DNA of 63,501 bases, counting the filler, from Diploschistes diacapsis (taxonomy: Eukaryota), in the NCBI GenBank assembly GCA_023645945.1. It is 24 parts of 24 records of this genome, joined end to end, with 100 filler letters (N's around TTAATTAATTAA, not from the genome) between each part and the next. Parts side by side here need not be neighbours in the genome. Positions count along the whole stretch, not along the records: positions 7,109 to 29,951 come from JALAIB010000274.1; 23 more parts are not named here. One strand, 5' to 3'. The translations under genes were made by a program, and so were the position numbers. The notes under the pieces are model-generated. The model was not told where the DNA came from. It did not search any database and saw only the letters and a program-made list of their open reading frames with translations. Shown piece by piece: positions 12,232 through 25,770 of this stretch. Numbering within the stretch: the stretch's first letter is position 1; every line of letters starts with the position of its first letter.

Positions 12232-15200
12232 TCAAAATCTCCAGTGACCTTTCCTGCAGTACTCAAAGACTTCATCGTCCCTTGCCCACCCGTTCCAGTT
12301 ATCGACACTTTCAACGATACGTTTGGCCTCATTCAGCAAGTCTTCGTGTGCTGCTCCTTCAGCGTGGATACCAGCATCTTCTTCGTCTGCTTGGGTCCAG
12401 CTCCGCTCCAAGTGAACCCTTGCCGCAATCAAAGCTAATCGAAATTGCCTGGGCCCGTTGCCAAGTTCGCTAGTCACCACTTCGAGTTCATGAGAAGCGA
12501 ATGCCATCCATCTCAGAAGATTGACTATCCCTGCATCATCACGAGCAGCCCCCAAGGCTCGCATGAAGGCATGTATTTGGGGTGGGTTTGGAATATGCAG
12601 TAGTCCCTCGAGAAGGAAGGGGGAGCTGTAAGATTTGTTCCGCTCTGCTGCGTTTTCAGAAGCAGCAGTATCCTCGCTTGAAGGAGGCTCGGGAGTTCCT
12701 AGATCGAGTGAGACAAGGTTCTTGAAAATCGCCTTCAGCTTCGCCAAGCCTTGCTTCATGAAGATAGCAAAAACATCTTGCCCGATGTTCTCGTCAACAC
12801 CCATTGCCCCTTCTCTCCTGCTGTCTTTGTCCCAGGCCCTCGTGTCTCGACACATCTTCTCATACTTCGCGCAGAGTATGTGAAAGGTTGAGAATCCCAC
12901 TTCAACTTCTGCCTCTACCATCTTGTCTACAATTGAAATCATGGCAGCCCATCGGTCTACGTCTTTGTTCACCACATAATTGTGGTGAAGCTGACTTAGA
13001 TGAAGGTTTTTCTGCGCCAGCGCCGAGAGCAACGTGTTCCAGGGATTAAGATAGGGTGGTTTGGCTGCAAGAACGAGATCAATGGCATGGGCAATCGCGG
13101 GTCGCGGCAGTGGGATGCATTCCGTAGAGGCATCTCGAGCGACGGAACGAGGAACTTGCGCATGAGGGAACTGTACCAGTAGAGCAATAAATGCGCAAAA
13201 GACTGATCGAGGCACATCAATCAGGATCGTGGCATCGATTTTCCCCGTTCCAAGTAACGAAGCGCAAGATGCGGGAGACAATTTGCTCGCAAGCAAGTAA
13301 TTAAAACCGGTATCGATGGAATTTGCGTGACGGATTAGCAAACTCAGAAGCCGGCCCGAAGGCACAATTCCCCTATCCATAATCATCTTCACGAAATTTG
13401 AAAACTCGGGAGGCGAAGTCCTTGTGTATGTCATCTCTCTTGGATTGGTCGAAGGAGTTTCGACCTCCAACATATCCCCAGAAGCAAGCGAAGATTCTGG
13501 GACTCGTGATGTTTGTAACATGGGTTCGTCAGCCTCAAGCCCTTGTATCCTTTTTTCTTCAAATGCGATCTTCTCGAGCATAGCTGTATACACGTTCGGA
13601 TACACTCCAGCTTCTTCTTGATATATGAGAAAGCTAGCCCAAGCCTCGTCAATCGTTCTTGTTGCTCGGATGCGAGCCTCCCACACTAGAGATTTGAATG
13701 GACCATCCTCTATCTTTACGTTCTCTATGAAGCGAAAGCCAATACCTGGAGAAAAAATGGTCCTCTTTTGGATGGTCGGACTTCTGTCGGTATCCCAGCC
13801 GGACAAAATGCCTGCCGCATCCTCCCAAGGACCGCTGGAGTATCCCGATTCCTTCAGATTTTGGAGAGCTCGGGTTGCACGACTTATTCCCATATCCCGA
13901 CCTTTGCCAGCATCGATTCCGAGCTTGTCTTCCCTCCAAGGGGGCCAAGCCTTGGACTTCAAGTAGGACCAATTTCGTTCAGACAAGGTCTTGCGATGCG
14001 CAATCTGCACCTGAATGATGGCTCGATAGCCTTCCTGATTGACAATGAGCGCTGGTTGGAATTCAGTCATTTTGCGGATGATGTTGAACTGGGCTCGTTC
14101 TTGATGGACAATTGCTAGGAAGGGGTCCGAGGACGTTGGTCTTGCGATTAAACGCAAGAGTCTGTTAAAAAGAAAAGTAAGCCGGCCGAGCACTGGAACC
14201 GAAAGAGCATCAGAGTTGGTGGGATTTTTAGAAGATGCTCCTATGATGTGCGTCGTCAACATCTGTGTAATTGCAGGAATGGCAGCAGGCCAACATCTAC
14301 CGGCATGCCGTAATAGCCGGATGACCATTAACACTATGGTTTGCTCACTCATGACCGGGTATTTGGCTGTCGTGAAAGAATCTGCATGGCGATTCGCAGA
14401 CAACTCAGTCGAACGAGACTCTAGACCACTGGTTGCTGAGACAGCTGCTGCTAGCCATTGCGGGTTGATGCGGTTCTCCAACCGATCCCATCCATGGGCT
14501 ATCAACAGCTTCAGCGCTTGAGCTGTGACACGAGCTCGTCTAAGTATGAACAGAAAGACGAATGTCGGCACAGGAGCCTGACACAAGCCTTGCGCATGGT
14601 TGGACGCTGCGAGCAATCTAAGAGCTGCTTGGAACGAGTCATCTGCCGTTACAATCCAAGCCCAAGTAACGACGTCCTCGACTTCGTAACCTCCATGTGA
14701 GAGCAGCTTTAAAGAAGGCTCGTCAAAGACGCGTATTATAGACTCGTCTCGGGATTGATCAATAGCTTCGTCGATTCCTTCAACCTGAATCGGAAGACAG
14801 GTGCGAATATAGCTGGCTAAGACAGATTGCAAACTGTTTTCGGAAGGAATATCATGTGAATCTTCGTAGTAGCTTGCACAAGTATTTGATTTTCCTCCAT
14901 TCTTCCGACGCTGTAGAGCTATTGCCGAAATATAAGAGTGATCGATCGATCGAGCGCGCCCAAGTTTTCTAGGCGCAGCAGCTTTATTTCCGTTCTCTCT
15001 TAGAGCATCGGTTAAGGTTGAAGAAGGGGATCTCGCTCTGGGAGAGAACCAAACTCTGGCTTTCGACTTTGCTCCTTTACTTTCCTCTCCAACTGCGCTG
15101 GTCTTCGTCGATCCATCATTGTTGCGCAGCCAGGTACCTCCCCGAACCCTCCGAACTAGTCGATCACTGAAAGACTTTGCTACTGAAGTGGCGAGTGAAT

Positions 15201-15318
15201 GACGGAGAATCTGGTTGGACCTTCTGATGCTTGGAGAAACGGCCCTCCAGCGACTGATGGTTTGAAGCGGTATGCAAGCATGAGACCAGAGGTAACTCGT
15301 ATAAAACGAAGAGCGCAT
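12232..15318 (-). CDS. Conserved Pezizomycotina hypothetical protein (1028 aa), possibly mitochondrial helical-repeat/PPR-like
   Basis: Long uninterrupted ORF with an Arg/Ser-rich N-terminus and blocks SKAWPPWREDKLG, ILSGWDTDRSPTIQ and WEARIRATRT. Function is inferred. Confidence 0.8.
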   Translation of the reverse strand: MRSSFYTSYLWSHACIPLQTISRWRAVSPSIRRSNQILRHSLATSVAKSFSDRLVRRVRGGTWLRNNDGSTKTSAVGEESKGAKSKARVWFSPRARSPSSTLTDALRENGNKAAAPRKLGRARSIDHSYISAIALQRRKNGGKSNTCASYYEDSHDIPSENSLQSVLASYIRTCLPIQVEGIDEAIDQSRDESIIRVFDEPSLKLLSHGGYEVEDVVTWAWIVTADDSFQAALRLLAASNHAQGLCQAPVPTFVFLFILRRARVTAQALKLLIAHGWDRLENRINPQWLAAAVSATSGLESRSTELSANRHADSFTTAKYPVMSEQTIVLMVIRLLRHAGRCWPAAIPAITQMLTTHIIGASSKNPTNSDALSVPVLGRLTFLFNRLLRLIARPTSSDPFLAIVHQERAQFNIIRKMTEFQPALIVNQEGYRAIIQVQIAHRKTLSERNWSYLKSKAWPPWREDKLGIDAGKGRDMGISRATRALQNLKESGYSSGPWEDAAGILSGWDTDRSPTIQKRTIFSPGIGFRFIENVKIEDGPFKSLVWEARIRATRTIDEAWASFLIYQEEAGVYPNVYTAMLEKIAFEEKRIQGLEADEPMLQTSRVPESSLASGDMLEVETPSTNPREMTYTRTSPPEFSNFVKMIMDRGIVPSGRLLSLLIRHANSIDTGFNYLLASKLSPASCASLLGTGKIDATILIDVPRSVFCAFIALLVQFPHAQVPRSVARDASTECIPLPRPAIAHAIDLVLAAKPPYLNPWNTLLSALAQKNLHLSQLHHNYVVNKDVDRWAAMISIVDKMVEAEVEVGFSTFHILCAKYEKMCRDTRAWDKDSRREGAMGVDENIGQDVFAIFMKQGLAKLKAIFKNLVSLDLGTPEPPSSEDTAASENAAERNKSYSSPFLLEGLLHIPNPPQIHAFMRALGAARDDAGIVNLLRWMAFASHELEVVTSELGNGPRQFRLALIAARVHLERSWTQADEEDAGIHAEGAAHEDLLNEAKRIVESVDNWNGWARDDEVFEYCRKGHWRF

Positions 15319-15828
15319 TCATCGGAAACGAAGCGCCCCAAGGAACAATGAACCGGGACCACTGAACAGTAAAGATAGATTAAGAAAAGAGAGAGGCTTG
15401 AAAAGCTTTGGAGCATTTTTTCCCGGCCTGATCAATGGTGACTAAGCAGAGTTCTCGGAAGGGTAGGCAGCCGGAGATAATAGTCGGTATTTCCGTGATG
15501 TACTGACTGACTGCAGGACTAACTACTAGTATCTAGTACAGTTACAGTAGACAGACAACAGCATTCCACTCCAACCTTGCCTATCACCTTAGCGGGCCTG
15601 AGCTTGGGATGTTGAAAGAGTCTCCTATAGCTCAACGCTTGCAATCCTTCTCGTCGCATGGGTTAAACTGGGCGCACAGCTGAATTCGCTGCCGGCAGAA
15701 ATTTACGTACTCGCCGAGCCGGCCTTTGCTCGCTTTAATCCCCTCCAGTGCCCTCGCCAGAATTTGCGTGTTATCCCTTCTTATCGGAGGGCCATCAGAA
15801 CGCGCGCTTTGTTTACGACCCGTAAGGC

Positions 15829-18422
15829 ATGGCGTCGCCGCCAACAACGAACGCGCCGGCAACGATAAATGAACCGAGCACCACGCAGGCCATCGGCAAA
15901 CGCAAAAGAAGCCCAGAACCCAACACAGCTGAAAAGGAGCGATTGAATGGAGATTACACCGAACCCAATCCGCAAGCCCAGGAATCTTTTCAAAGCCTCC
16001 TATCTGATATAACTCTTGTTCTTGGAGAGTAAGTACTGCGGCGACCTGTTCCTCTTCATTGCACCTTCTTATTACCCATAGTTATGATGCGACGTCCTCA
16101 ATCTTGCAGCGCGCAATCCGTTCGACCATTGATGAGGAGCCTTATGCCAAACGCACCAAGCTCACCGACGCCGAGGGCCCAACTTCGGTCGCATCCCTTG
16201 TCAACTCGCACGCATATACAGATATCGACAGCTTCTACCGGGACATCAAGACGGCTATCGCATCAATCTCAACTGAAGAGCTAGGACCTGCCAAGAACAA
16301 GATCTCAAAGTTTGAGGATGAGTTGGATAAGATCATCCAGTATGAACTTGGCCATAGTTCTTTCACAATTCCCCGAACTACGAGAGACGACAAAGTATCC
16401 TTTGTGAAAAAGGGAGCCTCACATTCGCTCGCGACTAATCCTGATCTGGTTTTAACCACTAATGGGATTGCGCATGGGTCTATGTTCCCCGCAAGGCGTT
16501 TGTATTCAAGCCTTCGATTCGGCTCCTCCGCCTTGAATGAGGAACACAACGTCCCTGCTGCTCTTGACTTGGACAGGCTTCCACCTGGAATTACCGCATC
16601 GTCTGTGCGGGCCACAAAGGGCGAAGGCGGGAGATATGTCAAGGCCCCCACTCTGTCCCAGCTGTTCCCAACATCAAAACATCTCAAATTTCACGAACCG
16701 CCAAGGCCATCGTCCAATGCAGCCACAAAGGGTCAGAGCATATCATGGTCGCAGACTGAACCTGCCATGCGACCATCCAAGGCCGGATCCCGCGTAAGCT
16801 TTTACAACCAATTCCTCTCAAGCGGGCACTGGCTATCCTACAACGTCTCACCTCCGGCTTCGCAACTACTGCCAAGTAGTGAGAAGCGCAAGCAGCGAGA
16901 CCGTGCACTAAGTACAGGAGAGGCGAAGGCTGAATTGACGGGAGAAGAGCAGGAAGAGACCCGCCTAGCTAGAGAAGCACGTCAAAAGGAAATTGACGAC
17001 GCGCTCTTTAAAAGTGCCTACTCAAGCTTTGCGCCAACCCACGACGACGCAGCCGCCGTCGTACCACAGAAGCTTAAAAGCCGATTGTGGTGGGACAAAT
17101 ATGGCTACGCTAAGCCTTTGAGGTATTTTGCAGACTACAATGCGGTCGAAGAAGACGATGTTGTGTGGAAACCTCCACGGCTGGAGATTGACGGCGACGA
17201 GCCCAACTTTGAAGACATGGTCAACAATTGGGAGGATATCGACACGACTCCATTGAACCTGAAGGTTTCGGATGGGGTAGACACGGCAGTGGATGGCAAT
17301 GACAAAGACGCTGATGAGCTTCTTCAAGAAGTCTCGGATATGCTGGAAACATTGAGCTCTTATCAGCGAAATCGAAACTTGTCTTCAAGTACCAAACAGC
17401 AAGGACCCGCTACTCAGAGCAAATCATCAGTAGAGCTGACGGGCGACTCATCCACACCTTCGAACGCAGAAACACTTCTTTACGAGACCTTGAAGAGCCA
17501 GCTAACCCTGGTTATCGCGACGTTGCCTCCCTTTACCGTCGCTAAGCTTGATGGTGAGAAGCTAAGCTCGCTCAATATCAGTACAAAGGTTGTCACGCGA
17601 GCTCCGATTCATAAAGGCACCTTATCGAACCAAAAGCCTGGAAAGCCCACACAGCCATCTGTCGCGAGTGCAACACCTGTCGCTCGCCCTCAGAGCGGCT
17701 TAGGTTCCAGAACGCCAAGTTACCAGCAACAGGTTAGCACTCCCGCTAACCGGACAACCTTGGTGTCGGGCAGACCTTCGGCCCCATCCTATTCCACTTC
17801 AAATTACCGAACTCCAAACACCACAACTCATAACAACGCTGCATACATGGCTCAGCAACAATTATCCCAGCAGCAACAGCCGCAGAGAATCTCATATAGT
17901 CAATACGGCCAAACACCAGCCACGACTGGCCAACTCACCAACGGTACCCGTCCCCTATCGAACGGTTACACGCCCTACGGTCAAAAAACCACCACGCCTT
18001 CCGCCGGCTCCCCCAATCCATCACGCACCACGCAACTCCAACGCCCAGCACAGCCCAATCCCCAGCAGCGGCCGCAGAGTGCCCAACAACAGATGTACAG
18101 CAACTACAACATCAACATGCACAAAAATGGCTCGCCTCCGCAAGCGGTGAACAACTATCCCACCCAAGCTCAACGCAGCAACCACGCCACCCCCGGGCAA
18201 ACTCCGGCCAGATCCAACTGGAACCCATCGGACGGCACGATCGGCAGTATGTTCTCCGCCGAAGAAGTACAGACGCTGGAGAACCGGCAGAAGATGCAAA
18301 TGGCCGCCCAGCACGCGCAAATACGCCAAGGCTCGGGCACACCGCAGCCGCCACGGCCGACGAGCGTCCACAGCAACGGCACGCCCGTCCCGCTGCAGAA
18401 TGGGGAAGCCTCCATGTCTTAG
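15829..18422 (+). CDS. Nuclear protein resembling RSC subunit Rsc58; intron 16029-16081
   Basis: A GTAAGT...TAG intron joins ORFs 15829 and 16059. Has a KRKR NLS-like motif, a bromodomain-like segment (YTDIDSFYRDI), YSSFAPTHD...WW and a Q/P/S/T-rich tail. The CDS is secure; the name is tentative. Confidence 0.75.
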
Positions 18423-20117
18423 GCGCTGTGCAACGAGGCTGTAGCGCTTGGGCTCCGTTCTTTTGTCCTTTGGCGCCCCATGGGGTTGTTGGGGGGTGGC
18501 TGCTTGAGCCGGCAGGGGCGTACAGTTAGATTAAACGGAGAGTATGAGGAGTTTCGGTCTGTCAGCCATGGGGGTATTTTCCGGGGGGTACATACGATAT
18601 CGGTAGGGCAGTCGTGCAAATGAGGGAGCGCATGTACGCTAGAGCTAGTATCTTAGAGTGTGACGATGCAACTTGAAAATCGGATTATTTTGACTGAATT
18701 CCGCTTTTAATCTGGTGCTCGGACTTTGTAGGTATCATCATACTTTATGGCACGCTGCGGGTGTGTCTCCGCCCTATGATTATGCAGCGCACACTCGATC
18801 CTGTGTCTTATATCCTGCTATGACTCTGCTTCACCACAATGCATGTACGACCTTTATGAAAGCTAAGTGATCCCACACCAGCTTCTATGCTTCTACCTAC
18901 ACCTAGTAGATACAGAGGTCTTCCATACGCTCTCAAGAGTCGTTATGAATTTAGTGCTAATCAGCCTACAAGCAGGACGAGCAGGGGCCTCTCGCTCGCT
19001 CGGGTCCATCCGGGAATCTCCTGCACCCAGATGCAGTCGAGGCCGAGAAAGCCGACAAGTTGTTGGCCCACATTTACCAGATCAAGGGGGCAGCAAAACA
19101 AAAGAAAATATATTTCCTCCGTCCACCATATCGAGCTGTGTTTCGGCCACTAGCAAGACAAACTTCTCGTTTCCAAGACCGTCATCCATCATCGCCTTCC
19201 AACCTCCATGGTGAGCTGGCAGCGCATGGATCATCGGACCGCTCTCCAGTCCCCTTGTTGCAGAGGGCGAGCCGAGACAGACCTCCTTTCCTTTTTTCCA
19301 GCCTATATACTCGCTATTTCTTGACGACTTTAGCGGGCCATTTAGATTGCCAGTAGTTGCTTCCTCCTCTCCGAAACCCCACGAGTTGGGGGCGGCGGCG
19401 TATGGGGTATGGGGAAGCTTTGGGTTTTTCGGCTTGCTAGTTGGGACGGCGGCGCTGTCATACTGCAGCTGAAAGAATTAAAAAAGACAAATATAAATAA
19501 ATAAAATAAATATAAATAAAATAAAACCAAAACTAAACCATTTCGCACTGGGGACTCGTGACCGCTTGGACGGATTTTATTCTGTAACTCTGTGCGCGGC
19601 CATACAACTATGCTCTGTAAGCTGTAAGCTTTTTTAAACTTTTGCAACAATATCCCCCATTTACTATTATTGTTGCTCCATTGTCCATTGTCCATTGTCC
19701 ATTTGCTCGTCCTTGCATGCTTGGGCTGCTTTGCCTTGATTCTCTGGTGCAAGGACTATCGTCGTGGTAGAGGAACGCTGGTGTCCAAGCCCTGTTCGTC
19801 ACTTCTCTCGTTCCATATCTGCCGTCTTGGGTCTTTCTCTCGATTACACGATTATATGCAGTAGCTTCAATTCCATTGTTGGCTTGCATGGATTTTTTTG
19901 TTTCATATGGGACCGGATATAGGCGTGCTGGAATTGTACATCCATTTTAGATTCTGTGTGCATCATTTCACCATCTCCTAGCAGGGTTATCGTTATCTAT
20001 TGCAGTTTGTGCATCGTCGCACTGTTGGTCTGCAAGGGACGAGCACACAAACCCGCTTTGCTCATTTATTTTTATTCAGCGTTTTCAGCCATTATAATTT
20101 CTAATCGAGATGCCAAA

Positions 20118-21748
20118 ATGTCTTCTCGTGCTCCACGGACACGGAAACAGCCCGTCAAGAAGAAGCCTGTCTCTCCTTCGCTGACCTCGCTCTTCTCCTC
20201 GCTCACCCAGTCCTCCAGCGGTTCGAACTCGACGGTGACACAGGAATCGATGCTGTGGGGCAAGCACAGCTCGTCCAAGCAGGGTGCCGTGAAGAGATCG
20301 GCTGCGCAGCATAAGAAAAGCAAGAAGGAACCATTGCGCAAGAGTATAGAAGAAGAACCAAGGCCCAATGTCTTTGCGTTTATGGAGAGTGATGGCGAGG
20401 GAGAGGACGTGGTTGGGGACTTGCCTAGTGACTCGGACGGCGGCTTTCTACCTATAAATGGAACGACAGGGATGGCCCCTCAATATAGCATACCATTCGC
20501 CCCGTCGCCTCCAGTATCATCCTCACTTCCCGCTGTCTCGGAAGCCTACGAGCAGAGCATATCAGCCCGGCCTCTGTCATTTACGAGCCTTCATTCAGAC
20601 TCGGGCATATCGATACGATCGAGCAGCCCCGACAGGCCATCACCGATCATGACCCAAAAGGTGCCCAAGAGATCCGTTGTAGAGCGGGTGTCAACCCGGT
20701 CAAAACCAAGGGCCCGAGGAAACTCCAACAGCTCTGCTGCCTCATCTGTTGGTCCCGGACAAGTTCGTTACCAATGGGAGGGAGCACCAGAATCATTTTA
20801 TGCTCAAGCCGTAAAGACGGCTGCCCCTCCTCCCCAAAAGGCAAAGCCAAGTCCGAACATGGTATCCGTTCGAAAGGATTCCAGCAAAAAGTTGCGAAGG
20901 GCAAAAGTCAGCGGGCCTGGCGAGCCTATCTGGCCGGACAAAGGTGGATACGACTTCCTCGCTTCCAACATCTCAGCGGACGTGGAGGAAGCACCAAAAC
21001 CACTGTATCGGCGCTTCGAGACTCTCAATAACCGCATATTATTAGTACTGCAGGACGAAATAACGACAATGGAAAACGACTTGGCGGTAATGGACCAGCG
21101 AATAGCAGAAACAGAAAGAGCAGCACCTTCTTCGCGGCGAGCTGAGCTCCGAGCACCCACGCCGCTGCAATGGCAGCGAATGCAGCTTTGCGGGATGCTG
21201 ATTCCCAAGCTCAGCCACTACAGTATGCCCACCCTCTCCTTGGTGAGAAATAGTCACTGACAGGCGCAGATCGAGCATTAGCCTCCTACAACGCCCTCGC
21301 ACACCTTGCGCCCACCTCGGAGGACGAGGTCCAAGGGTACAGGGATTTCCTGGCAGAGCATAATCCGATCTCGACCTCCGAGACAGCCTTTCTCGATCAC
21401 CTTGCGGATCTATCTACTATTACCAACAAAGCCGGCGATGCGTCCACCACTGACGGTGCCACTCTGAATGCCGCTGCAGCAGTCCTGGTTACCGTTGTCG
21501 TGTTTAAGCTCGTGTCGAACCTTATTGCGAGAATGGTCATAGGCGGCGTCATGCTGCTGGCCATGGTCTCGACGGGGCTTCTGCCGGCGGACAGCCAGGC
21601 AGAGAGCGCAGAGAGCGAGGAGGGCGAAGAGCAGGTGTGGGGCCAGAGGACTGCGCTGTAAGTGTTGCATGATCGGTGCTGTATGTTGAAGTCTCACAAC
21701 GGTAGGTACGGCGTCGCTGTTTTTGTGCTGGCTCTTGCGGTAGGATGA
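20118..21748 (+). CDS. DUF6594-type protein with C-terminal transmembrane segments; introns 21223-21269 and ~21658-21705
   Basis: GYDFLASNIS...PLYRRFETLNNRILLVLQDEI...HY|NRAL signature, followed by hydrophobic helices. Confidence 0.82.
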
Positions 21749-23222
21749 ACAGATTCTGGGAAACCCGGATCATGTTCCTTCATCATATCTGCCTTCATGG
21801 CAGCGTCGATATCATTTAGATTAATAGGGGCTCAGATGCGTTCTCCTGCCGGTAACCTACCTCATTATAGCTACGCAGGAAAGTTGGTTCCACACGAGTG
21901 GGAGCTTAAGACATATCTAAAGCTATCGACTACACACAGCCGTCAATCACCAACCGGCAGTCGGCTCGACCGGAGGATACCGAAAACGCCACGCGGCGAG
22001 AGGCCAGAGCGAAAAAACGATGACGGAGCTTTGCGGAGAGGATGTAAATTAGCCTTCCATGGAGGTTAGGAATACAACCGATATACTAGTGTAGGAAGCC
22101 AGGGGAGACGATGTCAGAAGGACATAAAGGAGGAGAAATGTTGGATATTGAGGAATGACGAAGAGACGACTTGGAGGAGAGTCTATGTATATCGTGCACA
22201 TCTGTGTTTTAATTGGATATCGCGTGGTTCTCATCGATGCCTCCAATAAGCTTAGGATGCCTCCAGAACAATAGTGGCCAGATTGATGGACCCTTGTGTG
22301 GCGGCTTTTAAGGATAACATTACGCAAATATAGGCCATACACCCCTGTACATACCGGCAGTAACAAGCAGTGGGTAATTGGCTTTCCCAGATAGTTCGCT
22401 GTATAACCCTTGCTGTCCAAATTCTAGAGGGTGCATTAAAGCACTAACCTAAACTCCAAATATATTTTGATTGCGCTGTATTCCATTTAAGGATCTTGGT
22501 AAGATGACCTTGTGGCTTAACCGCCAATCGCGAACAACCTTCATGGCTGAAGCCTCCCGCAGCTCAAGCTGCGCGATGATACAATCAAAGACGAATCCCC
22601 TTGGCCCGTTGCCTGCAAAACAACAGTCGAGCTAATCCTCGAATCTCCAACAAATCACAAGGCAAAGCGACGGCACTGTTTTCGCTGGATGGTCGCCTCC
22701 GAATGGACACTAGGCGCTAAGGGCCGAACCCGACACACCACGGTCAACACCACTCACCCATTGTCCGGGCTTAGAGACCTGCATTGGGAAGGAAAGGTCT
22801 GACCCGGTGCCTGTTGTTTCACTTCGGCGTAAAGACGTCTTGTCCTTCGAGGACACGGACAGCATGACTGGGCTTCTTTGTTATTAGAACAGCCAACCTG
22901 CATCATTCGACCGGCCAATCCTCGACGCTGCTTCACCCACATGATAAGGAAACGAGACTTACGTTCCTGATCTCCTCATGTGCTTGCACATTCGTCGACC
23001 TGCGCCATTCAGGGCATCTGCTCCGGCAAGCTATCTCCGCAGGTGTGGCCCATATCCAACGGTCAACAAAGATATCATCAAAACAAGGCAGAGCAGGTCC
23101 ATGGTTGCACTTGTGGAATGCACCCGAGGTCTCAGCGGCCACTCAGATACGATATATAGGGCGTGGTAGCTCGCGCTTTCCCTCTTCAACCTCCATCTAC
23201 ATATCCAGATTCACCCGAAGCC

Positions 23223-24284
23223 ATGGCATTCACCAACATTGCTGCACTGGCAACTGCCTCCATCGCTCTACTATCGCAGAGCCACCTAGCCGTCGCGCAA
23301 TCCGCCTCCTGCCTCGTCACCGCCAGCACGCCTCAGAGCTGCCAAAACACCACGGCCGTCGCCAACACCTGCTGCTTCAACTCGCCAGGCGGCCAGCTAC
23401 TGCAGACCCAGTTCTGGGACACCAGCCCGGAAACCGGCCCAACAAACTCCTGGACCATCCACGGCCTCTGGTAGGTGTACCCAGGAGTACCCTATTCCGA
23501 AGCACATAGCTCATGCGTACAACAGGCCCGACGAGTGCGACGGCAGCTACCAAGAAAACTGCGACCCCTCGCGCGACTACACGGACCCGCAGACCATCCT
23601 GCAGGACTTCGGCGCCACCAGCCTCCTCTCCTACATGAACACGTACTGGAAGAACGACGGGGCCAGCGACCAGGAGCTGTGGGAGCACGAGTGGGCGACA
23701 CACGGGACGTGCATCAGTACCTTCGACACGAAGTGCTACGCCAGCTACCAGACCGGCGAGGAGCTCGTCGACTTCTACAACACGACGGTCAACCTGTTCA
23801 AGACGCTGCCTACTTATACCGTATGTCTTGGCTCAAGCCGAACCACGAGTTTGGTAATATACACATAGAGACACGGATATGCTGACGTGTTTTTTGTTTC
23901 GTCCTGTTGCAGTGGCTCGCAAATGCCGGCATCACGCCCAGCACCTCCAGAACCTACACCTCCTCCGCCATCCTCGCCGCGCTGAAGGCCCAGCACGGCG
24001 CCAACCCCGTCATCCGGTGCGCCAGCGGCAGCCTGGACCAGGTCTACTATGCCTTTGAGACGAAGGGCAGCACGCAGACTGGCGAGTTTATTGCCGTTGC
24101 TCCCAGTATGTCCTTTTCTTTTGTTGTCTTTTCATTGCATGTGTTTGGCACGCTAACGGGTTTCGTAGCCGGTGAATCGTCCAACTGCCCGTCCTCGGGC
24201 ATCAAGTACGCCCCGAAGACCAGCACTAGCAAGAAGCGCGAGACGAGGGCGAGGAGGAGGGGGCTGGGTGTGAGGAATATGTAG
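23223..24284 (+). CDS. Secreted ribonuclease T2 family; introns 23471-23525, 23821-23912, 24107-24168
   Basis: Signal peptide, CCFNSPGG...[35 protein letters not shown], and [11 protein letters not shown]. Confidence 0.95.
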
Positions 24285-25770
24285 AGGGGATGGACGAATG
24301 GTTGAATGGACGGACAATACCCGAGGAGGGATGGAACAAGGCGCGTGGGAGGGTGGCATGCGCCGAGTCGCGGGGATGTTGTTGCTTTTGCGTCCGCGGT
24401 AGGTATACGTATGTATATAGGGGCATCACACGATGGAACTCACGTCGATCACTTTTTCGCATCACATCTGTCCCTAATCGAGTTGTGCTATCGCGTCAGC
24501 AAGTCAAGTCAAAGTCAAGTCAAGTCGGCCACATTGCTCCCGCTCCCCGAAGCCACCAGATCCCTTCTCATTCACTGCCATGCGAAGCGCCGAAACCGGG
24601 ACCGGACTTCGCCCACGACTTGGCCATGGAGCATGGAATAATCAACCCGCCTGTTGTCAGCTTGAAGACGTGGACGCCCTCATAACGCTCTGTTGGGGGT
24701 GCGCTATCTATGTACTCTGTGGCCACGATTCCTCCCTTCCAGCTATCCATCGTCCTTCCAGCACGCCCCATGCCATCCCAGTATACACAACGTACACCTA
24801 CGATAGACGATAAACAATACACGGACTCTTCAAGTTCTGCGCGCTCCGGCTCTGTAAGAGGGCTGGAAGGGGCTCCTCACCCGTTATTGCAAATCTCGCC
24901 CTTTTTTGTTACCTTGGAGGAAAGGAGGGGGATTTGACGTTCTCCAAGCCGCAGCTACAGAGCCTGCATCTTGATCTATACCGGGCTGCTATAAATGAGG
25001 GAGAGGGGAGAATTGGGGCAATGGGCATCGTTATGGGCGAATATGGGGGAGATACGGCTTGTAGTACTAGTACATTCGATGGGTTTTTCTGGTGTTGGGA
25101 TAACCATATCGGACGAGTTTGGGTTTTTGGGATTTATATTATTGTAACTACCCATATATATACCTCTGATACTTTAAAGATGTAGCTTGATGAAAAGTGC
25201 TGCGGATTGATTGGCTGCCTATTCTTTCCCTGCAGCACTTCGACATCATCTATACGCCCATTCGTCTCTCTACCTGCTGAGCACGGCATTCCTCCCCTCA
25301 ACACTTTAAAGTCGAGATTCTACGTCTATTTGGTCAAAGTGTTGGAGCTTCCTTGTCCCTCACAAGTACCGATTCCGCCTCGGGCCAAGCAGATGTATTT
25401 TTGGCGCAAATGCCCGCTTACGCCGTCCTCCCATCCGCTATTGCAACGCCATGCAGCCGCTTGTAGTTGGCTGTTCAAGCCGCCCTCGTGTGAAGCCAAT
25501 CGCGAATGCATCCGACATGAAGCGATGGCCTTTTTGGGACGAGAAAATGCTTGGCCACAACAGAAGCTGCCGTGGGCAGGAGCTCGAGGCTTTTTCTTTG
25601 GCTCTGGGGTTGGGGATTGCTTACAGTGTCTTGGGGGTGGTTGAGACAGTGAGCCTCGCTGTGACTCTGTAGTCTCCGTTTTCTGGTGATGTTTGCAAGT
25701 TCCTGGTGTCGCTGTCACCGTGCCTTAAATACTCAAAGGCCCACTGTACGCAAAGCCTACGGAAGCAGTC

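Noticed and set aside
18900..19950. Short ORFs and an A-rich tract between the Rsc58-like and DUF6594 genes
   Set aside because: No coding signal or recognisable RNA motif. Treated as intergenic or UTR.
7605..24284. Possible defence or secondary-metabolite cluster (lysozyme, hydrolase, SDR, RNase T2)
   Set aside because: No backbone synthase, transporter or cluster regulator, and unrelated housekeeping-type genes lie in between.
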